Assembly (NCBI GenBank): GCA_963665125.2
Contig: CAXXUK010000001.1
Location: 864,001 to 928,000 of the forward strand
Direction: 5' to 3'
DNA from: an uncultured Desulfarculus sp.
GTDB taxonomy: Bacteria > Desulfobacterota > Desulfarculia > Desulfarculales > Desulfarculaceae
Length of the DNA stretch: 64,000 nucleotides
The notes below the pieces were generated by a model. It worked only from the letters and a program-made list of their open reading frames with translations. It was not told the DNA's origin and ran no database searches. Position 1 is the first letter of the stretch; each line of letters begins with the position of its first letter. The translations under genes were made by a program, and so were the position numbers. Below, piece after piece: positions 50,355 to 60,271 of the stretch.

Positions 50355-51239
50355 TCAATCCAGGTCGCGGTGCCTGACAAAAGTGGGCAGTTCTTCTGAT
50401 TTTAACTCGGAGTGGAGCCATTTTGCCAGTGCCACGCTACGGTGGCGTCCACCAGTGCAACCAATTGCAATTGTAAGGCGGCTTTTTCCTTCAGCCTGGT
50501 ATTGGGGTATCAGAAACGAAAGCATGTCTAATAAATGCTTTTGGAACTGTTTGGTGACCTTTTCCTTGAATACATAATCGGCAACCGGTTTGTCCAGGCC
50601 TGTTTGCGGCCGCAACTCGTCGACAAAATGCGGATTGGGTAAAAATCGCACGTCAAAAACCAGATCAGCCTCGACCGGCAGTCCCTTTTTAAAACCGAAA
50701 GACATGATGTTGATACGCATGCCCGCGGTTATGTTGTTTTCCCTGAACATGTCGCCGATTGCTTTGCGTAATTGGTGAATGGTCAGGTTGGACGTGTCCA
50801 GGATCTGGGTGGCGATGGCCTTGATGGGCTCCATCAAGGCCCGTTCACGGCTGATGCCGGTGGCCAGGGAGACGTCTTGGCCGCCGGCCAGGGGATGCAC
50901 GCGCCTTGTTTCGGAAAAGCGGCGGGTCAACACCTCGTCGGAGGCATCCAGAAACAGCAACTCAAGATTAAAGCCGCGTTGCGCTAGATTCTGGAATACG
51001 GCGGGAAAAACCTCGGGGAAGCGGTGGCCCCTGATGTCCATGCCCATGACGGCCTTGAAAGCATCGTCCAGGCGTTTTACAGGCAGATTGACAAAGGCGG
51101 GCAACAACTGGGGCGGCAGGTTGTCCACGGCGTAAAAGCCGATGTCTTCCATGGCCTTTAGAACCGAGCTTTTACCGGAACCGGAAAGACCCGTGACAAC
51201 CACGAAGCGGGCTTGTTCTGTTTCCAGGTGTTTGGCCAT
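50355..51239 (-). CDS. rapZ: RNase adapter RapZ
   Basis: TGLSGSGKS, RRFSETRRVHPL, FDVRFLPNP, GCTGGRHRSV. Confidence 0.95.
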   Translation of the reverse strand: MAKHLETEQARFVVVTGLSGSGKSSVLKAMEDIGFYAVDNLPPQLLPAFVNLPVKRLDDAFKAVMGMDIRGHRFPEVFPAVFQNLAQRGFNLELLFLDASDEVLTRRFSETRRVHPLAGGQDVSLATGISRERALMEPIKAIATQILDTSNLTIHQLRKAIGDMFRENNITAGMRINIMSFGFKKGLPVEADLVFDVRFLPNPHFVDELRPQTGLDKPVADYVFKEKVTKQFQKHLLDMLSFLIPQYQAEGKSRLTIAIGCTGGRHRSVALAKWLHSELKSEELPTFVRHRDLD

Positions 51240-51292
51240 ATTGCTTCCCACCGCTCATAACCGTTGCCGGTACTTTCCGGGTCGGCTGTTCG

Positions 51293-51754
51293 TCAGAATT
51301 CCTCGTCCTGTTCCATAACGATTTCGTAGATATCAATGGCGTCAGGAGCCTCCAGGAGTTCTCTTCGAACGACGGTGCTCTTGAGCAGGCGCGAAATGCG
51401 GGCCAGCGCTTTAAGGTGCACCCCGGCCGAATTTTCCGGGGCGATCACCAAAAAGAACAAGTGGGCCGGTTTGCCGTCCAGCGAATCAAAATCCACCCCG
51501 GCTACGGACCGGCCGAAGGCCAGTTGCAGGGCATCGACCTGGTCCGTCTTGCCGTGGGGGATGGCTATGCCGTCGCCGATGCCCGTGGAACCAAGCCGCT
51601 CCCGTTCAACCAGCACTTCCATGAGTCTGGTTGGGTCAAGACCCGGATTGCCGGAGGCGAGGATTTGGCAAAGCTCCTCCATCACGCCCCGTTTGGTGCG
51701 TGACTTCAGGTCGGCGATGATGTGTTTTTTATCTAGTATGTCCGTCAGCTTCAT
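51293..51754 (-). CDS. ptsN: PTS EIIA-Ntr
   Basis: RERLGSTGIGDGIAIPHG, HLKALARISR. Confidence 0.92.
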   Translation of the reverse strand: MKLTDILDKKHIIADLKSRTKRGVMEELCQILASGNPGLDPTRLMEVLVERERLGSTGIGDGIAIPHGKTDQVDALQLAFGRSVAGVDFDSLDGKPAHLFFLVIAPENSAGVHLKALARISRLLKSTVVRRELLEAPDAIDIYEIVMEQDEEF

Positions 51755-51775
51755 TGTTTGGCTGGATGCACTTTT

Positions 51776-52321
51776 CTATTGCGGCTCGATAAGGCCGAAG
51801 TTGCCGTCGGAACGGCGGTAAATAACGTTTAGCGTGTCCGTCTTGGCGTTGATGAACACCATGAATTCATCGCCCTGCGACAGATCGAGTTGCATGGCCG
51901 CCTCATCGACGTCCATGGGCTTGGCCACCAGCGATTCACTCATAATGTTGAGCGGAGCGTCTTCTTCTAAAACGCTCTCAGGTTCAAAAACAGCCACCTG
52001 ATACGGGATTTCACGCTCCCGGCGGTTGTTGCGGCCGAAGTTCTTCAGCTTGTCGCGGTAGCGCCGCAGTTGGCGCTCCAACTTGTCCATAACCAGATCG
52101 ATAGCGCTGTACAGGTCTCCGGTTGTTTCGCTGCCGTGGATCTTCAGACCGCTGGCAATGATGTACACATCTGCTTGATGACGGTGCTTTTCCACCTGCA
52201 CAGTGACATTGGCCTCGATGGGGCCGTCAAGATACTTTTGTACCTTGCTCACCTTTTCGCGTGCGTATTCCTTGATAGCCTCGGATGACTCCACATTTCG
52301 AAACGTCACTTGAGTCTGCAT
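51776..52321 (-). CDS. hpf: Ribosome hibernation promoting factor (long HPF)
   Basis: DLYSAIDLVMDKLERQLRRYRDK, KPMDVDEA, YRRSDGNFGLIEP. Confidence 0.93.
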   Translation of the reverse strand: MQTQVTFRNVESSEAIKEYAREKVSKVQKYLDGPIEANVTVQVEKHRHQADVYIIASGLKIHGSETTGDLYSAIDLVMDKLERQLRRYRDKLKNFGRNNRREREIPYQVAVFEPESVLEEDAPLNIMSESLVAKPMDVDEAAMQLDLSQGDEFMVFINAKTDTLNVIYRRSDGNFGLIEPQ

Positions 52322-52393
52322 ATCATAGGCCTCCTTGCTGCGCTTTCCGGTGGTCGCGACAAAATTGTTTGATATCCCGCTGAACAGACCTTG

Positions 52394-53911
52394 TCAACGG
52401 CCTTTTTTCCGCGCTCCCCTGCCCGTGAAGTTGCCAAGGGTTTCGCGGCGCCGGCTCGATGGCAAGATGCCCAGCATCTCTCTATATTTTGCCACTGTGC
52501 GACGGGCGATGTCTATGTTCTCGCGTATTAGGATATCTGCAATTGCCTGATCTGATAGGGGCTTAGCGGTGTTTTCTTCCGCGATGATTTTTCGGATGCG
52601 CTCCTTGACCGCCTCTGATGCCAAGGATCCGCCTTCCACCTTGTTGATGCCACTGTTGAAAAAGAATTTCAGTTCGAACACACCCTGGGGCGTGTGTACA
52701 TACTTGTTGGTGGTCACGCGGCTGATGGTCGATTCGTGCATGCCCACTTCTTCGGCAATATCCCTCAGGACCAGGGGCCGCAGCGCTGAAACTCCCTTTT
52801 CAAAAAAACCGCGCTGGAACTTGACGATGGCCTCTGTGACCTTGAAGATCGTGCGTTGGCGCTGGTGTATGGACCGGATAAGCCACATGGCGCTACGCAG
52901 TTTGTCCTGGACGTATTCCTTGGCCTTGGGGTCGGCCCCTTTGGCCAGGCTGTCACGGTAAAAATTGTTGACCTTGAGTTTGGGCAGCCCGTCTTCGTTG
53001 AGCACCACCACGAACTCGCCGTCGATCTTGTAGACGTATATATCCGGTGTTATGTATTGGGGTTCTTCGCCGCTGACGGTGCGGCCCGGTCTGGGGTCAA
53101 GAAGCCGGATTATCTCCAAAGCTTCGGCTATGTCATCGAGTTTTACACCCAGCTTTTTGGCCAGGGGCTGGTATTGGCGTTTTTCCAGCAGGTCCAGGTA
53201 GTCCTCGAGAATATCCAAGACCACGTCCTGGTGGGGGTAGAGGACAAGGGCCTGAATAAGCAGGCACTCACGCAGGTCCCGGGCGCCCACGCCCAAGGGG
53301 TCCATCTGCTGGATTACTCCCAGGACTTTTTCCACCGCTTCAGGCTCACAACCCGTCTGTTCGGCGATGTCTGCGATTTCCGCCTGCAGGTAACCGTCAT
53401 CGTCGAGGTTGCCGATGATCAACTGGCCAATATGGACGCCTTTTTCATCCAGGCTGCTCATGGTCAGCTGCCACAGCAGATGCTCTTGCAAGGTTGTCGC
53501 CCTGGTCATTACGTTTTCATAGGGCGGCGCTTCGCGGTCTTCGTGGATTACGGCTTCTTCGGAGCGGGTGGCTGAAGAGTACTCGCCCAGGTAATTTTCC
53601 CAGTCAAACTCGTCGCTGACGTTGTCATTTACGTCAATTTCCGAGGCGCCGTCTTCCCGGAGCTGCTCTTGGGCAGTTGTTTCAACGGGTGATTCCTCAA
53701 CAGGTTCGCCAAGGACCTCGGCTTCGTCCTTTTGCTGCTGCTGCTGGTTCTCCTCATCTATATCCAGCATGGGATTTTCCAACAGTTCCTGGTTTATGGC
53801 GTCGCTCAGCTCAAGCCTCGACAATTGCAACAGCTTTATTGCCTGTTGCAACTGTGGAGTCATTACAAGCTGTTGGGTCAGCTTGAGGCTTTGTTTGATT
53901 TCAAGTCCCAT
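52394..53911 (-). CDS. rpoN: RNA polymerase sigma-54 factor
   Basis: MTPQLQQAIKLLQL, HESTISR, ARRTVAKYRE RpoN box. Confidence 0.98.
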   Translation of the reverse strand: MGLEIKQSLKLTQQLVMTPQLQQAIKLLQLSRLELSDAINQELLENPMLDIDEENQQQQQKDEAEVLGEPVEESPVETTAQEQLREDGASEIDVNDNVSDEFDWENYLGEYSSATRSEEAVIHEDREAPPYENVMTRATTLQEHLLWQLTMSSLDEKGVHIGQLIIGNLDDDGYLQAEIADIAEQTGCEPEAVEKVLGVIQQMDPLGVGARDLRECLLIQALVLYPHQDVVLDILEDYLDLLEKRQYQPLAKKLGVKLDDIAEALEIIRLLDPRPGRTVSGEEPQYITPDIYVYKIDGEFVVVLNEDGLPKLKVNNFYRDSLAKGADPKAKEYVQDKLRSAMWLIRSIHQRQRTIFKVTEAIVKFQRGFFEKGVSALRPLVLRDIAEEVGMHESTISRVTTNKYVHTPQGVFELKFFFNSGINKVEGGSLASEAVKERIRKIIAEENTAKPLSDQAIADILIRENIDIARRTVAKYREMLGILPSSRRRETLGNFTGRGARKKGR

Positions 53912-53919
53912 AAGCGCAG

Positions 53920-54642
53920 CTAGAGGCTGAAGTCTTCTCCTAGGTAATATTGCCGGGCAACTTCGCTCTTGGCGATGTGCTCCGGACCGCCTTGTTCTAT
54001 AACCGTCCCCGATGCGAGGATGTATGCGCGGTCACACACCCCAAGTGTCTCACGAACGTTGTGGTCACTGATCAATATTCCGATGCCCAGGTCCTTTAAT
54101 TGGCGGATTATGTTTTGCAAATCCGCGACGGCCAGGGGGTCGATTCCCGCAAATGGTTCGTCCAGCAAAACAAACTGCGGCTCGGTAACCAGCAGGCGGC
54201 AAATTTCTACCCTGCGGCGTTCTCCGCCGGACAGGCTGAAAGCCTTGTTTTTACGTAGATGCTCGACGCCCAGTTCACCCAAAAGCCGTTCAAGGCGATC
54301 TTCCTGTTGCTGGTCCGTCAGGTCCAGGGTTTGCAGGATGGCCTTGATGTTGTCTTCCACGGACAGCTTTTGGAATATGCTGGATTCCTGGGGAAGGTAG
54401 CTGATGCCTCTGCGGGCCCGCAAATACATGGGCAGGTTGGTTATTTCCTCGCCGTTAAGTTTGACCACGCCCTCATTGGGCCGGATCATGCCCACGGTCA
54501 TGTAGAACGAGGTGGTCTTGCCCGCCCCGTTGGGGCCCAGCAGACCGACGATTTCCCGGTCCTTGACAAAGAGTGAAACATCATCAACGACCTTGCGTCG
54601 GCCGTACAACTTAACCAGATTGTGTAAACTCAGTTCGGCCAC
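53920..54642 (-). CDS. lptB: LPS export ABC transporter ATPase
   Basis: GPNGAGKTT, YLPQE, LSGGERRRVEI, LDEPFAGIDP, DHNVRETL. Confidence 0.96.
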   Translation of the reverse strand: MAELSLHNLVKLYGRRKVVDDVSLFVKDREIVGLLGPNGAGKTTSFYMTVGMIRPNEGVVKLNGEEITNLPMYLRARRGISYLPQESSIFQKLSVEDNIKAILQTLDLTDQQQEDRLERLLGELGVEHLRKNKAFSLSGGERRRVEICRLLVTEPQFVLLDEPFAGIDPLAVADLQNIIRQLKDLGIGILISDHNVRETLGVCDRAYILASGTVIEQGGPEHIAKSEVARQYYLGEDFSL

Positions 54643-54653
54643 GGAATCCGCCG

Positions 54654-55187
54654 TTATTTTTGTTCGTTTTGCTTGGGAACAATAGTCACCGACACACGCT
54701 TGCCCGGCTCGCCGTGCACCACGGCCCGGTCCTTGTCCAGGTATACGGTGATCTTGTCGCCGGAGACCTGGTTTTTGCCCTGCCAGACCGTGGCCTTGCC
54801 CTCCATGAGCAATTTGCGGCCGCCGGCCCAGTAGGTGCCCTTGCGGCCCACGGCCACCCGGTCTTTCTGGGTGATTTTGACATGGCCCAGAGCCACGACC
54901 ATGGTCACTCTGCCGCCGCTGCCGGCCATGACTCCGCCGTCGTCCTGGCCTTTTTTGCCTTCATTGCTGTAATGGACGTCAAGTTGGTCGCACAGGATTT
55001 TCACGTCGCCCTGGACCGCGTCGACGTTGCCGACAAAGTGGGCGATGTTGGCTTTGTTGTCTACCTCAAGGCTGTCGGCATTAACCGAGATGGGCTTGTC
55101 GCTGGCCATCGGGTCCACGGCCATGGCTGGTGCGGCGATCAGGGCCGCGATGGCGATAATTAGGGCCGTTATGGCAAGGCGCCTCAT
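54654..55187 (-). CDS. lptA: LPS transport periplasmic protein
   Basis: Signal peptide; PISVNADSL, FVGNVDAVQG; position before lptB. Confidence 0.88.
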   Translation of the reverse strand: MRRLAITALIIAIAALIAAPAMAVDPMASDKPISVNADSLEVDNKANIAHFVGNVDAVQGDVKILCDQLDVHYSNEGKKGQDDGGVMAGSGGRVTMVVALGHVKITQKDRVAVGRKGTYWAGGRKLLMEGKATVWQGKNQVSGDKITVYLDKDRAVVHGEPGKRVSVTIVPKQNEQK

Positions 55188-55223
55188 TGGTTAGTCCTCC
55201 GTTGGCATTTGAGGTTAATAATG

Positions 55224-55820
55224 CTAGTCCACGGTTGCCCCGGGCGGAGGTCCGTCGCCCGAAGGAATGAACGTCGATTTTACGTTTTTTTCAAAAAGGA
55301 TCTTGTCTTCGGGCACGAATACCTTCATCCCCACTGCGTCCAGGCTGAAATCCGTGCCTGTAATCTTTACCGGATCGGTGGTGGTCACTACCTGGTCCGC
55401 GTCGGTGTAGGTGAGCGAATCGGTGACCAGGCGCATGCCGTCATGGGTTGTTCCCACCACGTTGCCTTTTAGCACCACAATCCGTTCGCCGCGAATGTAG
55501 GTGCCCGTGTCGCCCCGCAGGGTCACCTTTCCGCCGCCCTTGGGGAAAAAATCAACCTTGACGTTGGCCAGTTCAAATTCTTCCTTGGCCGGGTCCTGCT
55601 TCGCGCCCGAGGCCGTGAGGGTCCACTTGCGGACGCCTTCTTCCACATGGGTGTAGGTGATGCCCCGCATGTGCGGTTTGCCGTCCTGGTCCATTACGGG
55701 CGCGGGTTCGTTGGGGTCTATCAGCGGCAACCTGGCCGGTTTATGCATAATGGTGGCCAACGCCACGCCGGCGATGATAGCCACCAGGCTGATTGCAATG
55801 ATTAGTTGAGTGCGTCTCAA
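55224..55820 (-). CDS. lptC: LPS export protein LptC
   Basis: N-terminal TM, WTLTA, LKGNV, TTTDPVKI; position before lptA; start uncertain. Confidence 0.82.
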   Translation of the reverse strand: MRRTQLIIAISLVAIIAGVALATIMHKPARLPLIDPNEPAPVMDQDGKPHMRGITYTHVEEGVRKWTLTASGAKQDPAKEEFELANVKVDFFPKGGGKVTLRGDTGTYIRGERIVVLKGNVVGTTHDGMRLVTDSLTYTDADQVVTTTDPVKITGTDFSLDAVGMKVFVPEDKILFEKNVKSTFIPSGDGPPPGATVD

Positions 55821-56040
55821 GATCGAGTGCCTGAATATGTTGTTCACCAAAAGCAAGCATGAGGCCATTCGCGGACCTTCCGCGCGGCACACAAAGTATA
55901 GCTAGAGCATGATGCGCGGTAAAGGCAAATTTCTTGCATGCGGGGACGATATTCGGCTATATGTCTATACAAATGTTTTGACTTAGCGTTTTTCTCTAAG
56001 AATTGCATAGGGCCAATAAATGCCTATAAAAGGATAGTTA

Positions 56041-56472
56041 ATGGACGTATTGACCAGATGCGTGGAGATCGCCGCAAAGGCCCACGCCGGGCAGGTGGAC
56101 AAGGCTGGGCGGCCTTATATCCTGCATCCGCTGCGCCTGATGATGCGGATGGAAACGCCACACGAAATGATGACCGCGGTGCTGCACGATGTCATCGAAG
56201 ACAGCGATGTTCGCCTCGATGATTTGCGCTCGGAAGGCGTACCGGATGAAGTATTGCAGGCCCTGGAGCTTCTCAGCCGCCGCGACGGCCAAGCCTATGA
56301 GCAGTTTATCACCCAAATCAAGCCCAACGCCTTGGCCCGCAAGGTCAAGCTGGCCGATCTGGCCGACAACATGAATCTGATGCGTTTGGAAAACGTGGGC
56401 TCAAAGGAGCTTGAACGGCTGGCCAAGTATCACCGGGCATTTAAAGAACTAACCTCGATCCATATCTCTTAG
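56041..56472 (+). CDS. Small HD-domain protein (RelA/SpoT hydrolase-like)
   Basis: [35 protein letters not shown]. Confidence 0.85.
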   Translation: MDVLTRCVEIAAKAHAGQVDKAGRPYILHPLRLMMRMETPHEMMTAVLHDVIEDSDVRLDDLRSEGVPDEVLQALELLSRRDGQAYEQFITQIKPNALARKVKLADLADNMNLMRLENVGSKELERLAKYHRAFKELTSIHIS

Positions 56473-57336
56473 GATCTTTGCCGGGATGCCGTTTTCGCAG
56501 GGCACCTTGGTCTGGCAGAGTCCGCAGCCATAGGCCTCGAAGCCGTAGGTCTCCTTGCAGTGCGGGGACGAGACTTCAGACAAATATTTCAAACAGGCGG
56601 CCTTTTCGTGGCCCTTTTCGCTGATGGCCCCAACAGGACATCTTTCCGCGCAGGCCATGCAGCCGTGTCCAGTGAAATAGGCGCACCAGGCCCGGTGATT
56701 GTCATAGGGCCGGGGAGTGGCCTCGATATTCAGCCGGGCCACCACCGAGCCCACCCTGTGGGCCTTGCCCCGGCGGGTGATCAGGCCATCGCATAGGCCG
56801 AAGGTGCCCAGACCGGCGGCGTGGGCCGCGTGGCGTTCGCTCCAGCGGGAGGCAAAGCCGTATGTAGGCGATGTTTCCCACGACCAGTGGGAGGACAATT
56901 GGGGCGCCACGGCCTGAATCCCGGTGTCGATCAGGCTTTGGGCCACATGGCTCCGCAGGGCCTCGTTGAAGACCTCGCCTTCGGCCCTGGCCCGGAACCA
57001 GCGCTCCGCCGCGAAACGGGTCTGCTTGCTGTTGTCGGCCTTGGTCTGGTGATTCTGCAATAATATCCAGCTGATGACCGTCAGACCGCCGCCATCGGCC
57101 GGGTTGTCGGGAAACGTCAGGTTGAAGATCTCGGCCGGGGTGAAATGGAACGGGCCAACATGCTCTTTATACGACGCGTAGATATGGTCGTCGCCAGCCG
57201 AAAACCCCAGCAAATACTCTTCCCAAACCTGACGGTCTTCGTTGCGGAATTTGTTCAGCGGCGAATGGGCCACGAAATCATCGACCAGGCTGTTGATGGC
57301 TTCCGCCGAATTTTGTTCGATATTTTGAATGGTCAT
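56449..57336 (-). CDS. QueG-like 4Fe-4S protein
   Basis: [38 protein letters not shown]; start at ATG 57336 with GGAG RBS. Confidence 0.8.
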   Translation of the reverse strand: MTIQNIEQNSAEAINSLVDDFVAHSPLNKFRNEDRQVWEEYLLGFSAGDDHIYASYKEHVGPFHFTPAEIFNLTFPDNPADGGGLTVISWILLQNHQTKADNSKQTRFAAERWFRARAEGEVFNEALRSHVAQSLIDTGIQAVAPQLSSHWSWETSPTYGFASRWSERHAAHAAGLGTFGLCDGLITRRGKAHRVGSVVARLNIEATPRPYDNHRAWCAYFTGHGCMACAERCPVGAISEKGHEKAACLKYLSEVSSPHCKETYGFEAYGCGLCQTKVPCENGIPAKILRDMDRG

Positions 57337-57446
57337 GAGGCTCTCCCGGCTGGAGTTGTCATGGCCAATTGTGACATTGTGCCCACCCCGGAGCCAATAA
57401 AAAAGCCGGACCATGGCGGCCCGGCTGGTGGTTTTTATGCTTGTTC

Positions 57447-58511
57447 CTAGAACTTGCGCAGGAAGAACAACACCGAGGTGTAGAGTATCTTGCCCTGTTT
57501 GAGGATCAGGTGCGGGGTGTGCTGCTGCTCGTGAGGCATTTCCGTGGGCCGATCCAGGGCCTTGCGGGGCATTTGCCAGGTCGGCTTTTGGATCAGCTTG
57601 AGGCCGCTGGGGGCCACCACATACTTTTCCAACTCGTCGATGCGGAAAAATTCCTCGTGGGTGTTGTCGTTGATGATGCATTCGGTGACGATGGCCGCCA
57701 TGCCGCCGGGCTTGAGCACCCGGCCGATCTCTGACATGGACCGGGCGGAACCTTCGTGTCCTCCGAAATGCTCGATGCTGGAGATGGAAAACACCACGTC
57801 AAAGGAGTTGTCCTCGAATTCCAGCTTGGTGCCGTCCATGCGCATGAATTTCAGGCGGTCTTCGGGGTAGTCGAATGGCGCGTATTTTTTAGGATCGTCA
57901 ATTACTGTCGGATCACCCTCGCGGCTGCCCCTGTCGGTCCAGCTTCCCTCGTACAGGTCGGTGGCGATAACCTCGCCGGTCTTGGTGGCCAGCCAGTAGG
58001 CCAGGGCCTCGTGCCCGGCGCCAACGCCCAGGCAGCGTTTGTCGTCGCCCAGCATGCCCAGCATGTCCAGGCCCAGCATGGTGTGGGTCCATTCCCAGCC
58101 CTTGCGGTGCATTGATTGCAGGCTCATGGGGATGACCGTCAGTTCCCGCTGATAGGAACGCCATTTTTCTTCCAGCCAGCGCCGGGGGTTCACCAGTTCG
58201 CAAAGTTGATATTCGGTGAACGGATCGTCCTGCACATGCTTGTCGAAGATGTCGCCGCTGTAAATGTCGACAAAGTCGAAAAGCACATCCGTGACATCAT
58301 AGAGGATCCGGTTGCGGAGCTTGAACTCGTCGGAATCGGCAAAGGAGCGGGACACATCCTGACGGGTCATGGAGCCCGAGGCCAGGTTGCCCAGATAATA
58401 GCTGCGGCCCCCTTCGTCGGCCTTGCGGCCCATCATCACCTGGTAGAGAAAATCGACGAATTGCTCGTCGCTGCCGGCGTCCAGAATTGTCTTTTTGCTA
58501 AACAGACCCAT
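57447..58511 (-). CDS. Class I SAM methyltransferase with N-terminal DUF4214-like domain
   Basis: FVDFLYQVMMGRKADEGG..FADSDEF; LGVGAG, FDVVFSISSIEHFG, RVLKPGG. Confidence 0.8.
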   Translation of the reverse strand: MGLFSKKTILDAGSDEQFVDFLYQVMMGRKADEGGRSYYLGNLASGSMTRQDVSRSFADSDEFKLRNRILYDVTDVLFDFVDIYSGDIFDKHVQDDPFTEYQLCELVNPRRWLEEKWRSYQRELTVIPMSLQSMHRKGWEWTHTMLGLDMLGMLGDDKRCLGVGAGHEALAYWLATKTGEVIATDLYEGSWTDRGSREGDPTVIDDPKKYAPFDYPEDRLKFMRMDGTKLEFEDNSFDVVFSISSIEHFGGHEGSARSMSEIGRVLKPGGMAAIVTECIINDNTHEEFFRIDELEKYVVAPSGLKLIQKPTWQMPRKALDRPTEMPHEQQHTPHLILKQGKILYTSVLFFLRKF

Positions 58512-58700
58512 CAGGCATCCTTGGTCATGGGTAACATTTTCACCTGGCCTAAGTTGAAATAGTTGATATGGCTGTCAATGTCAAGAAGTGGAACTTTTTT
58601 CCGGTCCCCAGGGTCCGATTTGTTGGGCCGTTTTTGGGCGACAATATGTAACCTGTTGAATAAGCTGGAAAAAGAATATTATGGTGTTTGTTGCTCCTGG

Positions 58701-58717
58701 CTGGCCCGTTGATTGCA
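58701..58717 (+). promoter_or_regulatory. Sigma54 -24/-12 promoter
   Basis: CTGGCCCGTTGATTGCA = GG-N10-GC with TTGCA, 33 nt upstream of ATG 58751. Confidence 0.7.
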
Positions 58718-58750
58718 ATAAAAACCGCCGGAAACATCCATGGAGATGCA

Positions 58751-60004
58751 ATGGCTATCGTCAGCAGCGCACAACTTTATCAGGCCGGGGTGTCCAGCGT
58801 TCGGACCACGAGTTTGCAAAGGGCATCGTCGTCGGGCGAGGCGTTTAGCAGCACACTGCAAAGCGCCCTGCAAAGCAGTACGTCTTCCAGCGCATCGGGC
58901 GGCTTGATCAGTTCCACCTCCCTGGTAAGCAAGGACGGCTCGGATACGGCCCTGGGTTCATATCTGATCCTGGCCAGCGACATCGGCAAGGTGGATCCCA
59001 ACGAGTTGCAGTATTACACATACAGTTCGTCCGGGGGGACGGATGGCGAAGCCGCGTGGTGGCAGGGCGACGGCACGGACGGCGCGGCCACTCTGCTACC
59101 CGGCATGAAGAGCTATTACAAGGGTGAGAAATTCACCATCGATGGCGTAAGCGTCGGCACCCAAGAGGTGGTCGGCGACAATATCCAGGACTTCCACAAT
59201 GTCCATTTCGTGGAAAAAGACGGCCTGATCTACGCATACTTCATCGACCACAGCGAAGGCACCCTCAACGACGTCGGCCTGGCCATCAGCTCCGACGGCG
59301 TGAATTTCGAATACCAGGGCAAGGTTCTGACCAAGGGCGACTCATTTGACGCCAACAAGGCCAGCTTCCCCAGCGTGGAATACGACGAGGACAGCGGCCA
59401 GTGGATCATGCTCTATGAAGCGACCTCGGCCGAAGGCGACATCGACACAGTATGCCTGGCCACCAGCGACGATGGCATCAATTGGACCAAGCACGGCCCG
59501 ATCATCGAGCCCGGCGACGCCGGATGGATCAGCAATGTTGATGTGGGCACCCCAACCATGTTCAAGGAAAACGGCGTGTGGCATGTCTACTTCCACACCT
59601 TTGCCGAGGACGGCAGGGTGCGCATAGGCTATGCCAGCGGCACGGACCTGGAAAACCTGGAGGTCATGCAGGGTCCGCTGTTGGATGTGGACGCTAGTGG
59701 CGACGAAAGCGTTACCGTGGGCTCCCGCAGCCGCATCTTCCAGCGCGACGGCTACTATTACATGGCCTACGAGATCAGTAACGGCGAAAATTACGACTTC
59801 AACACCCACACCTGGGGCATCAACCTGGCCCGGTCCACCTCACCGGGCGGCCCCTGGGAAAAAATGGACGGACCATTGCTGCAATCCGATGAAGTCGGCT
59901 TCGGAACCGACGGACCGGAGATCCTGGAACAGGACGGCCAGTTGTACGTCTACTACCGCAACGAGCAAAACGGTACCACCAGGGCCGAAATAATCGGCAT
60001 CTAA
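58751..60004 (+). CDS. Five-bladed beta-propeller glycoside hydrolase-like protein with Ser-rich N-terminal extension
   Basis: Repeated blades LAISSDGVNF, LATSDDGINWTKHGPI, YASGTDL, LARSTSPGGPWEK; GGAG RBS; no classical signal peptide. Confidence 0.7.
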   Translation: MAIVSSAQLYQAGVSSVRTTSLQRASSSGEAFSSTLQSALQSSTSSSASGGLISSTSLVSKDGSDTALGSYLILASDIGKVDPNELQYYTYSSSGGTDGEAAWWQGDGTDGAATLLPGMKSYYKGEKFTIDGVSVGTQEVVGDNIQDFHNVHFVEKDGLIYAYFIDHSEGTLNDVGLAISSDGVNFEYQGKVLTKGDSFDANKASFPSVEYDEDSGQWIMLYEATSAEGDIDTVCLATSDDGINWTKHGPIIEPGDAGWISNVDVGTPTMFKENGVWHVYFHTFAEDGRVRIGYASGTDLENLEVMQGPLLDVDASGDESVTVGSRSRIFQRDGYYYMAYEISNGENYDFNTHTWGINLARSTSPGGPWEKMDGPLLQSDEVGFGTDGPEILEQDGQLYVYYRNEQNGTTRAEIIGI

Positions 60005-60176
60005 CCGCCACCCATGGCCCGTTGTTCTTGAGCCCTGAAAAAAAATGGTTAAAGGGTTTCAAGAATGGCTCTCGGGCTGTTAAATTAACTCCTTATGGCA
60101 TTGATGACTCGGGCCCTGGCCGGAAACGTTCGCCAATGACGGACAAATTCCGGAATATGCCAGTGCGCGCAATAAG

Positions 60177-60205
60177 TTGACAGGTTTCATACTGGTGGGT
60201 AGATT
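60177..60205 (+). promoter_or_regulatory. Putative sigma70 promoter of fabD-vor operon
   Basis: TTGACA-N17-TAGATT. Confidence 0.65.
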
Positions 60206-60271
60206 TTAAGTTCCCGCTTGGCGCGGGCCCTTTTTTTGTGGGACGCGCGCGGCATGTTGGGAGGAGCGGCA

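Noticed and set aside
56449..57336. Reductive dehalogenase
   Set aside because: Too short, no Tat signal and no rdhB-type anchor gene; fits QueG-like Fe-S proteins
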